39,100 nucleotides of DNA, from the sequence record SRR31156797_3163; one strand, given 5' to 3'. The translations under genes and the position numbers were made by a program. Of this stretch, positions 1 through 9,298 are shown one piece after another. The notes beneath the pieces were generated by a model that saw only the letters and a program-made list of their open reading frames with translations, made no database searches and had not been told where the DNA came from. Each line of letters starts with the position of its first letter. Position 1 is the stretch's first letter.

Positions 1-30
1 TAACACCCGTTACACGCTTAGCAGGCGTGC
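1..30 (-). other. att site: duplicated 3' part of tRNA-Ser(GCT) (anticodon arm plus start of variable arm; continues left of window)
   Basis: Reverse complement reads gCACGC-CTGCTAA-GCGTGtaacgggtgtta: a 5-bp anticodon stem with a 7-nt loop CU-GCU-AA. No D-arm upstream (31 onward), so it is a truncated copy. Confidence 0.85.
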
Positions 31-128
31 AATGCACTTTTTGAACATTCGATAAACCAAGTATTTATAGCATTAAATTGATTCTTCTTGCATGTCATGC
101 CCCCCTTTTTTCTCCTCACACTCCCCTA

Positions 129-155
129 AAAAGGGGCATAAGTGGGGGGCACAAA
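129..155 (+). repeat. Putative integrase arm-type binding sites (tandem GGGGCAYAA), left copy
   Basis: aaaaggggcataagtggggggcacaaa matches 39009-39035 with 1 mismatch in 27 bp; an inverted half-site atgcccccc lies at 97-105. Confidence 0.7.
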
Positions 156-620
156 TTATAACAGAGCAAGCTCAGCCCGCAATTCTTGTTTCCTATTGTA
201 CCGCGTCTTATTCCATTCAGATAAATCAGACACATTCGCGGAAACATTTGGATTTGTGAGCAAGTCTTCCAAACCTCGTGGAACATAAGTATCCAACTCA
301 GCCAACTCGCACTTGATTTTAGCAATCTGCTGAGTTTTTTCCATTTCTGCCTTAGCCACTTCGTCAATCGAAAAAGTTATTACCTTTTCTCGATATATCA
401 GGTCGTCATCTTTCGACCATTCTGTTTCGTACTCTGTAAACGGATCGCCTTTGGAATGAGGAATCGCTTCATTATACCCAAGGCGATCCCAAGCCTCGAC
501 GGTCAGGTCACTGGTCGACACCATAATCTGAGTCTCAGTACCATCCTCAAGGGTTCTTTTTTCTTCCATCACCCGAGGCAGGCTGACCGGAGTCTCTGTA
601 TTTCCATTAAGTATCCACAT
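156..620 (-). CDS. Hypothetical protein, possibly tail-fibre associated/chaperone
   Basis: 154-aa ORF, RBS GGAGG, last gene of the late operon after the tail-fibre genes. Confidence 0.6.
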   Translation of the reverse strand: MWILNGNTETPVSLPRVMEEKRTLEDGTETQIMVSTSDLTVEAWDRLGYNEAIPHSKGDPFTEYETEWSKDDDLIYREKVITFSIDEVAKAEMEKTQQIAKIKCELAELDTYVPRGLEDLLTNPNVSANVSDLSEWNKTRYNRKQELRAELALL

Positions 621-632
621 ACTTTCATCCTC

Positions 633-1619
633 CTAATTCGTCGGAGTGTTGGTTGTCTGGGTGCCAGTAACAGACCAATCATTATTATTACCGCTCACGT
701 CATTGCCAAGCGCGGCAGTGACTACGAAATCAAGATAGGCACCATTAGGGCCATAGGTTTGTTCAATACCTTCATAAACAAGAAAAGCTGCAAGAACCGG
801 TATTTTACCAGCATAGGCCGTATTGTTAATATACAGGCGGTAGTATTTATAAGCGGTGGTATTATTGATATTCCAACTCTTACGAGTCGTCGCTGAAGCG
901 TATGTAATGCCTGAACGTGAATCAAGATCGATCCAACTTGTCCCGTTGTTAGAACCTTGTAGTTTAAATATTCCAGGAGCGTTTGAAGCATAGGAATTTA
1001 CAGAACTCGACATAAGCGTATAACGTCTAGCCACCTTGGCTATCGGCAGTTCATACGTCGCCCACTGAGGGCAATAAGTATTCGCGTTCCACTCGTTCGC
1101 GGAATACCCGGAACTGTCCACAAAAACATTCAATCCATCGCTTTGACGAGCACTGCTGAGAATGCCTGTGCCACCGACTAAACAGGTTGATGAGGTATCG
1201 GTCACGTACCACTCAGGTAAATCAACAACTTCTTTGGGAACCCACAATGTTGAGAGATTCGGCGAATATTGCCCAAAAAATGAAATGAGCACACGTCGAT
1301 CCACGCAATGTAATTCAGCGAACAGGCCGGTCCAACCGGACCTATAGGCAGTTAATACGTTTTTGATGATATCGTGATAAGTTGTCCCGACCGGCCCCGT
1401 GTAATTGTTGGATAGCCCATTATCGAACTTAACGGAGACAGTTGTGCCCGCCTTGTCGATCCAAACATGTTCATACCCGCTCCCGCCATCCCACCAAAAC
1501 GAAACCGTGCAATTAGTGGCCAATGCATCACTTCCACTCATGGCGGTAATATCAGCCGCATAAGGAATTTTATAGGGGTACAGGTCTACGCCTTTACCCG
1601 CCTCTTTTGGAGACAACAT
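633..1619 (-). CDS. Tail fibre/receptor-binding protein: LamG-like scaffold with discoidin (F5/8 type C)-like domain
   Basis: Discoidin-like motif FKLQGSNNGTSW...AYKYYRLYI; phage LamG-fibre motifs AELHCVD, WVPK and YGPNGAYLDF...LGNDVSGNNNDW. Confidence 0.7.
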   Translation of the reverse strand: MLSPKEAGKGVDLYPYKIPYAADITAMSGSDALATNCTVSFWWDGGSGYEHVWIDKAGTTVSVKFDNGLSNNYTGPVGTTYHDIIKNVLTAYRSGWTGLFAELHCVDRRVLISFFGQYSPNLSTLWVPKEVVDLPEWYVTDTSSTCLVGGTGILSSARQSDGLNVFVDSSGYSANEWNANTYCPQWATYELPIAKVARRYTLMSSSVNSYASNAPGIFKLQGSNNGTSWIDLDSRSGITYASATTRKSWNINNTTAYKYYRLYINNTAYAGKIPVLAAFLVYEGIEQTYGPNGAYLDFVVTAALGNDVSGNNNDWSVTGTQTTNTPTN

Positions 1620-1621
1620 GT

Positions 1622-2368
1622 CTATGCCCCCATGTTTTGCAAGCTGATGATGGACTTGCGAGAATTGTACTGCTCGATCACGATGCGAATCTCACCTGCC
1701 GAAGACTTCGGAGAGATATACATATCATCCGTCTTGTATGAAGTAGCGGCCGATAACTTGTGCGAGGCCGGGTAAACGTGAAAAATGTAGGTCCCATCAT
1801 AGGGCAGAACCACATCCGAAAACGTGGAGTCCGCTGTTAACGTCCACTTAATATGGTTACGCTCGACAGTCAGCCCGGACAAGTCGGTTCCGACATGCGT
1901 CTGAGCCTGATCTCCATACACAGCCTCGAGCAAATCAGGAGAATCAGCCGCCAAGACTTTATCGGGTATACTTTCGGCTGATGCAGCTGCTTTTTCAGCA
2001 TGATGCTTTGCCGAGAACTTACCTGGCTCGACTTCCACATCTACCGATTTTTCTGCCCATTCCCCAGCCTTTAGCTCTGCACTTTGCGCCGCAATTTTAG
2101 ATTCTTCCGCACCAACCTGTGCGGCCAGCGCCTCATCCCGTGCGGTTTCTGCCTGTGGGACAAGGGTTGCAGTGCTTTCCTCAAGAGCCGCTAATTTTGT
2201 GTCAATTTGATCATGACTGTTACCGTCTTCGTTATTGGAATGCACATTAAGATCAGTAAAAAGATCATCAATAGCTTTGCTGTTCTCGTCGGCAACACCT
2301 TCACGGACAGAAGAACCATTCACGCTATCGTCAGGAATAGTTTGCGGATTTCTGGTGTATGCGGTCAT
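1622..2368 (-). CDS. Tail fibre protein (N-terminal anchor/coiled-coil)
   Basis: Ala-rich coiled coil with the WAEK...VEPGKFSAKHHAEKAA motif typical of phage fibre shafts; position after the ejection genes. Confidence 0.65.
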   Translation of the reverse strand: MTAYTRNPQTIPDDSVNGSSVREGVADENSKAIDDLFTDLNVHSNNEDGNSHDQIDTKLAALEESTATLVPQAETARDEALAAQVGAEESKIAAQSAELKAGEWAEKSVDVEVEPGKFSAKHHAEKAAASAESIPDKVLAADSPDLLEAVYGDQAQTHVGTDLSGLTVERNHIKWTLTADSTFSDVVLPYDGTYIFHVYPASHKLSAATSYKTDDMYISPKSSAGEIRIVIEQYNSRKSIISLQNMGA

Positions 2369-4323
2369 TATTCCACCTCGACTTTTTTGGTTTTACCATT
2401 TTGATCAGTAATTCGCTTCACGTCATGACCAGTCGCACCGAGATACCAAACAATGTCATCGACTTTTTGCCGTTGTTCGGATGAAGAAGCCCGTTGCAAA
2501 GCAATTGCGGCGAGACGTCCGTATACATTAGGCTTGCTGGCTGAACCTCCGGCCACGGTCCGCGTGCTACCGGCCAACCATTTGACAAATTCAGGATCAG
2601 TCATAAGTCGGGCCACTCTACGCTGCACAGTAAGACGCGCTCCTTGGAGAGCCACACCTACCCCGGCTCCCTTGATCGCACCGCCAATGCTCATCCCACC
2701 AGCTCCACCAAGAAAAGCGCCAGTTCCAACCATTCCGATAATAGGCTTCCAAAGTTCGTCCCAAGCAGTATTTATCGCTGTTTGAGAACTGTTTGCGTAA
2801 TTATCCAGACTCTTGAAGAATTCAGCGTTTTTAAGAAGCTTGTCCATTTCCTTCTTGGCAGGACCAAAAAGGATATCAGACGCTCCAGGGGCTTCCTGTT
2901 GCATCCGGGCATAACGAGTCAAAAAAGTTGCGAAACTGAACCCTTCGCCACTTGCCCCTGTTCGACCAGGTGTGGGTCTACCAAGATCACGATATGCCCG
3001 AGAACGAAGAGCCGAAGTTGTTTCTTCTGAAAGCATATTCATTGCTCTCATGAGCTTGTCCGCTGCGGGCTTGCCCCCTCGCATCAACTGCCTATAAATA
3101 GCTTCAGGCTCTGGATTTTTGAGAATGGCTGCAACCTCATCAAGTAACCCGACATCCCCATCTTTCTTATTTCCCATCCCCCGCTTGAACCAATCCTTGG
3201 CATTTCCTCTGGCCTTTTTCGCAGCGTCGCCACCAAGCATTTCAGCGGCATCTCCGAGGTCACGATCTGCAGCCCGTTCAAAAGCCATACGAAGCCGGTC
3301 AACATCATCAGCTTCATGAGCAAGCTTCTTGTATGCCCCCCGCGCAGCTTTCTTGATAGAATCAAGAGCCGTTTTGGAAATATTCCCATTTCCATCTACC
3401 GATTCCAGAACAAGTTCAGCCTGTTTTGCCATCTTGGACATGGCATCTGCTGCATAAGGGCTTTGCTTTGCGGTTTGGAGTATTTCCTGTGCCTTGGCAA
3501 TAACGTTAACAGCAGGAATGGCCGCGTCATCTGGTACAAAATCACCAACTTTTTTCCAGAGCTCATCGTTAACACCTTTCCATTCATTGCGCATGGCAAG
3601 AGCATCCCGACGCATCAATTCACCGATTTCGTAAGGAGTCAGATTAGGACCAAGCTCATCAGCAATCTCTTGATTGACCTGTTGACCACGTGCAAAATTA
3701 TGGGCGTCTACTTCACCATATATCGAACCAGTGGCAGGCTTCCCACGCATGGACTGAGAGAAAGCCCGGGCCTCTGGATTATCGAGCATACCGACTTCCG
3801 GTTTGAACCCCTGTGCGTGAAGGCTGGTAACGTCTCGCGCCGTTTCGGCTCCAACGGGACCAACTTTTCGTTTAATCGCCGATTTGATAGGCGAAAACAC
3901 GGTTTTCCCGGCCTTAAATGCAGTTTCAGCGATTTTGCCACCAGCCACATCAACAGCCATATCCGTAGCCGCCCGCCCTGCGGCCTCGCCCATGCTCGGC
4001 ATAGTCTCGGGGTAGATCAAACCGCGCACGTAATCATATGCCTGACCGCCCATGGCATCGCCCATGGCCATGGCCGCTGGAACCGTTACGAGTTCTTCTG
4101 GCGTGGCCACCTGTGGGCCAAGTTGCCCACCAATTCCAGCAACCAACCCCCCAAGGGCAGAGCCGGTCACCTGCGCAACCCCACGTCCCCAATCTGTTTT
4201 TTCTTCAGGTTCAGGCTGAATATTTTTCTGAACATAAACCATCGAAGCATGTTGCATATCCTCTTTGCTCATGCTGTCTGGGAACTGAACCACTTTGCCG
4301 TCCGGCATCTGCACTTTCGGCAT
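2368..4323 (-). CDS. Large DNA ejection/transfer (internal virion) protein
   Basis: 651 aa, N-terminus MPKVQMPDGKVVQFPDSMS typical of podophage DNA-transfer proteins; Gly/Ala-rich hydrophobic segments; TAATG coupling. Confidence 0.7.
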   Translation of the reverse strand: MPKVQMPDGKVVQFPDSMSKEDMQHASMVYVQKNIQPEPEEKTDWGRGVAQVTGSALGGLVAGIGGQLGPQVATPEELVTVPAAMAMGDAMGGQAYDYVRGLIYPETMPSMGEAAGRAATDMAVDVAGGKIAETAFKAGKTVFSPIKSAIKRKVGPVGAETARDVTSLHAQGFKPEVGMLDNPEARAFSQSMRGKPATGSIYGEVDAHNFARGQQVNQEIADELGPNLTPYEIGELMRRDALAMRNEWKGVNDELWKKVGDFVPDDAAIPAVNVIAKAQEILQTAKQSPYAADAMSKMAKQAELVLESVDGNGNISKTALDSIKKAARGAYKKLAHEADDVDRLRMAFERAADRDLGDAAEMLGGDAAKKARGNAKDWFKRGMGNKKDGDVGLLDEVAAILKNPEPEAIYRQLMRGGKPAADKLMRAMNMLSEETTSALRSRAYRDLGRPTPGRTGASGEGFSFATFLTRYARMQQEAPGASDILFGPAKKEMDKLLKNAEFFKSLDNYANSSQTAINTAWDELWKPIIGMVGTGAFLGGAGGMSIGGAIKGAGVGVALQGARLTVQRRVARLMTDPEFVKWLAGSTRTVAGGSASKPNVYGRLAAIALQRASSSEQRQKVDDIVWYLGATGHDVKRITDQNGKTKKVEVE

Positions 4324-5342
4324 TATTCAAACTCCCCGGTGTTGGGGTTAAAAATAAGATCAACTCCCTGTGGCTTCTGCGTGGGAAAAGCTGCGACTGG
4401 TTGCTGTTCTGTGGGCTGAATTCCAAGATTCTGCTCATGTTGTGCCTTCTTACGCGCAACATATTCACGGACCTGTCCAATCGAAGCCATAATCTGCGCC
4501 TTACGATTATTCCAGGTAAGCGGATTGACCGGTATTTCCGTCGGATCAATCAGCATCTGATTCATAAGATCCAAGTCAGGACCGTTCAAAACACCAAGAT
4601 TCAACAACTCTTTTAACTGCATTTGAACAGCGCGATGAGCAGAACTCATGTCCGCCACAGTCTCGGCGTTAGTGCCCATCTGAGGTTCCCACCCATGCTG
4701 ATCAACAAGAGACTCAAAAGCATCGAGGGAATCGGAAACACCCCGCACTGCGTCTAAGGCGCTGCGGTTGTCTCTGATTTCAGTTTTAGAAAGAGGCACG
4801 CCGCCCGGCCCAACTATGTTTCCCCCAGCTCCAATTTGGACAGTGGGCGCGGCCCTAACACGGCTCCATCCTGTTGGAATTTGTGCGCCTTCTGACACAT
4901 AATGCTGACTGCCATGTTCATCCTCAAAGACATCGTAGCTAGGCTTAACCGGTTTCGGGAACTGTGAATCAACCATTTTCTTGGCACCATAAAGATTCAA
5001 CGCGTCCTGCTGTTGCTGCTCCGGCGTCCGATAACGCATTTGCTCCGGCGACACATAACCGAATGGATTAAACCCATGCTTCGATTCCATTTCCTGCGGA
5101 GTCCTACCCATGTCCCCCTGAAGCGCACCGGAGTTAAGCATGCCCAAGGCCTGCCTCCTTCGATTCACTGTCTCCTGATTCTGTGTCGCCATATCGATTT
5201 GAAGCTGTTGGAGTTTCATAGACATGTCGTCGCGTATTTTTTGCTGCTCAACCAACGCATCGCGCCGCTGATCTTGATGATATTGATCAACACCTTTGGC
5301 AGTGCCCTGCATGAACCCGGCTAATCCGTCCATCATTCCCAT
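4323..5342 (-). CDS. DNA ejection/internal virion protein
   Basis: 339 aa, Gln-rich helical protein, strong RBS GGAGG, middle gene of the ejection trio. Confidence 0.6.
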   Translation of the reverse strand: MGMMDGLAGFMQGTAKGVDQYHQDQRRDALVEQQKIRDDMSMKLQQLQIDMATQNQETVNRRRQALGMLNSGALQGDMGRTPQEMESKHGFNPFGYVSPEQMRYRTPEQQQQDALNLYGAKKMVDSQFPKPVKPSYDVFEDEHGSQHYVSEGAQIPTGWSRVRAAPTVQIGAGGNIVGPGGVPLSKTEIRDNRSALDAVRGVSDSLDAFESLVDQHGWEPQMGTNAETVADMSSAHRAVQMQLKELLNLGVLNGPDLDLMNQMLIDPTEIPVNPLTWNNRKAQIMASIGQVREYVARKKAQHEQNLGIQPTEQQPVAAFPTQKPQGVDLIFNPNTGEFE

Positions 5343-5351
5343 GACAACCTC

Positions 5352-6197
5352 CTAAAAAATCGAATCCCAAACGTTGTCCATCAGACCGCCGACGGCAGGG
5401 GAAGCAAGCTGGCCGACTGCCCCCCATATCGCATTGCTGTTGGCAGCATCTCGGTTTGCATTAGCCATCGCCTGCTGCCCGGCAAGCTGCTGTGTGGCCA
5501 CGGCACCCGAGTTGCCCTGCCCGGCAAGCTGCATGGAACGCTGGAAATTCAACTCATCGATCTGATTCTGCCAATTCTGCTGATTCAAACCGTACTGAAA
5601 ATCCTGCTCAAGCTTCTGGTTGTTAAACTGGCTCTGCTGATTCTGCTGATTCAAATCGTGATTAAGCTTGTTCTGATTGTAAGAATTCTGATCCTGAGCG
5701 TTCGCCAATCCCGCAGCCCAAGAGGCCTTGTTCTGGCCGATCTGCTGCCCCTGATCCTGCAACTGAAGGCCGTAGGACTGAGCTTGCGCATTGGAAAGCG
5801 CATTTTGCGTGGCCTGATTCTGTGCCGACTGCGCACCACTCATCATGCCGTTTCCGGTCGATCCGTAAAGCCCACGCGCCGAATATTGGTCATTAATTCC
5901 GGCCATAGCCTTGTCATGCTGCGAATGGATAGGAGCCTGAAGGGATTGAGTCAGCTTGGCATAATCTCCACCCTCAAGACCGGCAACGGTTTTCATCTGA
6001 CCGGGCGCATTATAATCGTAATAATTTGCCTGTGCCGGGCCTTGCATCTGGCCGGTATAATTGGCTGGGTATTGCTGCTGTTTGTCCAGCCCCGCCTGCA
6101 TGATGTTCTTGCCGGTTCCAAGACCGGTCTTTTGGGCTTTGGTCGGGTCCATTTCACCGACTTCTGCGCCGGTAGTGTACGGATTTTGAAGTGTCAT
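5352..6197 (-). CDS. DNA ejection/pilot protein
   Basis: 281 aa, Gln/Asn/Ala-rich with the YSARGLYGS motif and a C-terminal amphipathic Gly-rich helix, as in podophage pilot proteins. Confidence 0.65.
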   Translation of the reverse strand: MTLQNPYTTGAEVGEMDPTKAQKTGLGTGKNIMQAGLDKQQQYPANYTGQMQGPAQANYYDYNAPGQMKTVAGLEGGDYAKLTQSLQAPIHSQHDKAMAGINDQYSARGLYGSTGNGMMSGAQSAQNQATQNALSNAQAQSYGLQLQDQGQQIGQNKASWAAGLANAQDQNSYNQNKLNHDLNQQNQQSQFNNQKLEQDFQYGLNQQNWQNQIDELNFQRSMQLAGQGNSGAVATQQLAGQQAMANANRDAANSNAIWGAVGQLASPAVGGLMDNVWDSIF

Positions 6198-6223
6198 ATT
6201 TTACTCCTTCTTTTCCCTGTCGG

Positions 6224-6246
6224 TAGAAATCACCTATTGATTTCTA
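6224..6246. repeat. Perfect 9-bp inverted repeat (operator or hairpin) upstream of the lipoprotein moron
   Basis: tagaaatca-cctat-tgatttcta. Confidence 0.5.
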
Positions 6247-6297
6247 GTTGAAATATTTCATCGTTCCGTGATAACCGCCTCGATATAGGGGGTTCAC

Positions 6298-6522
6298 ATG
6301 AAACGTTTTCTCATCATCATACTTGCTCTGGCTCTGCTCGGCGGTTGCGCTCAAAAATCCATGAAGCAGCAGGCCGAAGAGTCACGAGAACGGGCTACCC
6401 AAAACACCAAAGAAAACCCCCCGGAAGAACCGAGCAAAAACAAGCCTATCCAAAAGGAAGACGACTCGATTGGTACTGGCAAAGAAGTAGACAACATTAT
6501 TGACGCCATCATCTTCTACTAA
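6298..6522 (+). CDS. Small lipoprotein (moron, opposite strand to late operon)
   Basis: Signal peptide MKRFLIIILALALLGGC with lipobox LGGC; RBS GGGGG; fits the gap between two minus-strand genes. Confidence 0.8.
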   Translation: MKRFLIIILALALLGGCAQKSMKQQAEESRERATQNTKENPPEEPSKNKPIQKEDDSIGTGKEVDNIIDAIIFY

Positions 6523-7631
6523 ACCGCTTGCGGCCCATAGTATGGCGTACTCCACATCCTCTGCCACTGGGCAGCTAAGTCCGGCTCTCCATCGTTTGTC
6601 TGTTCTGCCCTTGAAGCCATTGTCACCGGCTTTGAGCTCATCATTCCTCCATTACCAAAGCCCTCATAAGATGGAGCGGGACCGTGCGGATTGGTCACAC
6701 CTGTATAGTTGAGGTCGCGTGCTTGGTTGGCCATCGCTGCAATTTGAGAGACTTGAGACATTCCCGGTACTCCCACCAAACCGAGTGCCCTTGTTGCTTG
6801 CTTCACCACACTTGGGGTAGGCGGTGAAATTTTCCCTGAAGCCCACCCAATCCCCTTACTTGCATACTTCGCAGCAGGCACACTCCCCGTCTGTTCGTAC
6901 ACTCCCTTCGCCACAGCAGGGGCCATCATGCCCAACCCAAAACCCAAGGGACCGTATCCCCATTCCGGCGTCTTTTCTGCCACCTCACTCATGGTATCCA
7001 CGTCATCTGTCTTCGCTCCAAAGAAATCTCCCAATGCCCCCAGAAAACCACCGCTACGATGTGTGGACCTCACTTTACCCATGTCATAACCACGGTTTTC
7101 GAGCTCCCCCACTAGTCCTTTATTGAGGGCATCAAGGTCGCGCTTCTTTTCATCCCAAGACATGCCAGGTTTGTTGAAAATCTCATCAAACTTCTGATCA
7201 ATTGCGCCTTGCCTATTGTACGCATCTGCTTTGATATTCTTTTGTCGATTGGCATAATGCTGCCCATAAAATGAACTTCGCGGATCACTGATCCCGTAAG
7301 ACCCCATCCCGCCATTTTTGCTCCAATTGTCACGCTGGTTCAATCCGTACCCGGCAGCCGTGGTCATCATGCCACCCATACGAGATGGCGCACCGACCTG
7401 AACCAAAGACCCGGTGCGAGGATCTACACCCCAAGCAGTGTTGGAACCAAGATTCTGCCCGCCCCAATTCCCATCGGCCTCTACCCCTTTGGGACGGCCA
7501 ATATTGTTATTGGTATTAAAATCGTAACCACCATAGCCGCCACCGCCAGTATCGTGGCCACCAGAGTTCTTCCCTGCACCACCACTAGGATCATCTCCAC
7601 CATAACCACCGCCGCCACCTAAACTCGGCAT
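6519..7631 (-). CDS. Gly-rich hypothetical virion/ejection-associated protein
   Basis: 370-aa ORF between the nozzle and pilot genes, RBS GGAGG; low-complexity Gly-rich N-terminus. Confidence 0.6.
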   Translation of the reverse strand: MPSLGGGGGYGGDDPSGGAGKNSGGHDTGGGGYGGYDFNTNNNIGRPKGVEADGNWGGQNLGSNTAWGVDPRTGSLVQVGAPSRMGGMMTTAAGYGLNQRDNWSKNGGMGSYGISDPRSSFYGQHYANRQKNIKADAYNRQGAIDQKFDEIFNKPGMSWDEKKRDLDALNKGLVGELENRGYDMGKVRSTHRSGGFLGALGDFFGAKTDDVDTMSEVAEKTPEWGYGPLGFGLGMMAPAVAKGVYEQTGSVPAAKYASKGIGWASGKISPPTPSVVKQATRALGLVGVPGMSQVSQIAAMANQARDLNYTGVTNPHGPAPSYEGFGNGGMMSSKPVTMASRAEQTNDGEPDLAAQWQRMWSTPYYGPQAV

Positions 7632-7633
7632 AT

Positions 7634-9151
7634 CTACCTCCCGACGACCGCTATTTCAGCGGCAATTTCTGAAATGCTGAGACGACCGCCATTCATTGTC
7701 CTGACTTGCAGCATGATACCGCTACTCCTGAATTTCGATCGACAGGCCTTGCGCTCAACTTTGGTGCCACCAAGCGAAAACTTTGCGTCATGGAGAGAAT
7801 AAATAGCGTCATGCAAAGAATCCGCTCCAGCCCCGCGCACAAAATCCTCTTGAGCAAGAATTCGTTTGGTCTGCTCATCACCGCCATACACTTCAATCTG
7901 GTATGACCCCGACCATTCATAATTCGACTGCAAAATAGTCTTGTAGAGCAAAATATCACCGGGACCGGTCAACATTTTGAATCGAACAGACGACACTACA
8001 TCCTTAGTGACCCCCGGCTCTATCTCATCTGTTGCTTCCTTTTGAAGCTGATACAGATAGCCAGATTCTCCAGCTAAATAGAGCCCGCTGCCAAACTCGG
8101 CCACGGTATAAATATCCGAAGAGAACTCCAGTTCAGTGAACCCGCCAAGGGGAGAAAAAGTATAAATTTGGCTCCAGTGCCCTGTTTTTGTCAGAATGAC
8201 CCACACAGCGGCCATGCTCGGCAATTTGACCATCCGAGGTTCATCCGCAAGACGGGCGTACTGACCAAGAAACGAATTAACCTTCCCGCCGACAATCGGA
8301 TCATTTGAAATATCTCCATATGCCTGCGTCGGAGCCAGCGCCTCGAACCCCTCGGAGTCGATGTAATAAACCTGATCACCAAAACCGGTAATACAATGCG
8401 GGTTAATAGCGGCGTTGTTCTCGCTCAAATCATCCGCTTGCCACGAAGAAGCCGGAAGCCCCATGTCGAGCCGCCAAAGCTTCTTTTTGACGACAGCACC
8501 GTCGCTGCGAGCCACCTTGGACACAATGAGAGAACTGGCCACCATGGCAAAGCCATTGACGGTCATACCATCACCAAAACCGGCACGAATGGAAACCGCA
8601 CCTCCCGAAGTTGTGTTCCAATCGGTTTCATTTTCCGAGCCACACATCATGATCGCATCAAGATCGTTGATACTGTTGCAAATGAGCCTTCCGCGTGCCG
8701 TAAAGACAATGGTCGCCGTTGGACTCTCGGCAATGCGTGAAACAGTCGTGCCATCCCACGAAAGCAGTCCTTCACCCCCATCTGCCACAATCAACTTACC
8801 GTTGAATGTAACCATGGTGGGAGTACCGGCATTATTCAAAGGAGTGATTTCAACCCATTGATCCGTACTGAAATCATACCGATTCAATTTGCCACCAGAC
8901 ACAGCCACCAAATACCCCTCTGAATCCTTACGAATAAACGGATAAAGTAACTGAATTGGATCAGCCAATTTCACACTTGAAACCGTGGCCATTCCCGGTC
9001 GCGTGACAATCTTCCCTGTGTTGGTGTCATAAATGACGTTGTATGCCTGCGCGAGTTCGTTCTCGGCGATCTGCGAAGCGTGCAACGAAGCATTCCACCC
9101 CCCGGTGGGTTGCATCCTGATAGGTATGATAGGTTTTCCGCCTATAAGCAT
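7634..9151 (-). CDS. Tail nozzle/packaged-DNA stabilisation protein (P22 gp10/tubular protein B-like)
   Basis: 505 aa, beta-rich; N-terminal GGWNAS...NVIYD...TRPG pattern; position after the adaptor. Confidence 0.75.
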   Translation of the reverse strand: MLIGGKPIIPIRMQPTGGWNASLHASQIAENELAQAYNVIYDTNTGKIVTRPGMATVSSVKLADPIQLLYPFIRKDSEGYLVAVSGGKLNRYDFSTDQWVEITPLNNAGTPTMVTFNGKLIVADGGEGLLSWDGTTVSRIAESPTATIVFTARGRLICNSINDLDAIMMCGSENETDWNTTSGGAVSIRAGFGDGMTVNGFAMVASSLIVSKVARSDGAVVKKKLWRLDMGLPASSWQADDLSENNAAINPHCITGFGDQVYYIDSEGFEALAPTQAYGDISNDPIVGGKVNSFLGQYARLADEPRMVKLPSMAAVWVILTKTGHWSQIYTFSPLGGFTELEFSSDIYTVAEFGSGLYLAGESGYLYQLQKEATDEIEPGVTKDVVSSVRFKMLTGPGDILLYKTILQSNYEWSGSYQIEVYGGDEQTKRILAQEDFVRGAGADSLHDAIYSLHDAKFSLGGTKVERKACRSKFRSSGIMLQVRTMNGGRLSISEIAAEIAVVGR

Positions 9152-9162
9152 ATTCGCTCCTG

Positions 9163-9191
9163 TTGACTCGCCAATTCTGAAGGCGTATATT
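9163..9191 (+). promoter_or_regulatory. Sigma70-type promoter antisense to the late operon
   Basis: TTGACT (9163-9168), 17-bp spacer, TATATT (9186-9191). Confidence 0.75.
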
Positions 9192-9200
9192 TATATCTCT

Positions 9201-9298
9201 AATGGCCGGATGATGCTGTCTGTAAGTGGACGGCTAGCCACTCCTGGAGGTGCGTAGCACGCCAGGCACCGGGGCGCGGCGACCTCAATCCGGCTATT
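9201..9298 (+). ncRNA. Putative structured small RNA (multi-branch), candidate RNA antitoxin
   Basis: 11-bp closing stem 9201-9211/9288-9298; hairpins 9215-9234 and 9243-9266; G-U pairs favour the + strand; directly downstream of a promoter; no credible ORF. Confidence 0.6.

Noticed and set aside
129-155. 27-bp direct repeat with 39009-39035 as the attL/attR core
   Set aside because: Both copies lie inside the tRNA-derived boundaries, one within int, and consist of tandem 9-mers. This fits arm-type sites better than the crossover core.
156-2368. Diversity-generating retroelement or invertible tail-fibre cassette
   Set aside because: No reverse transcriptase, no TR/VR pair and no invertase or flanking inverted repeats were found by eye.
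9201-9298. Canonical tRNA gene
   Set aside because: No T-loop consensus, no standard D-loop or 7-nt anticodon loop, and no CCA; kept only as a structured ncRNA candidate.
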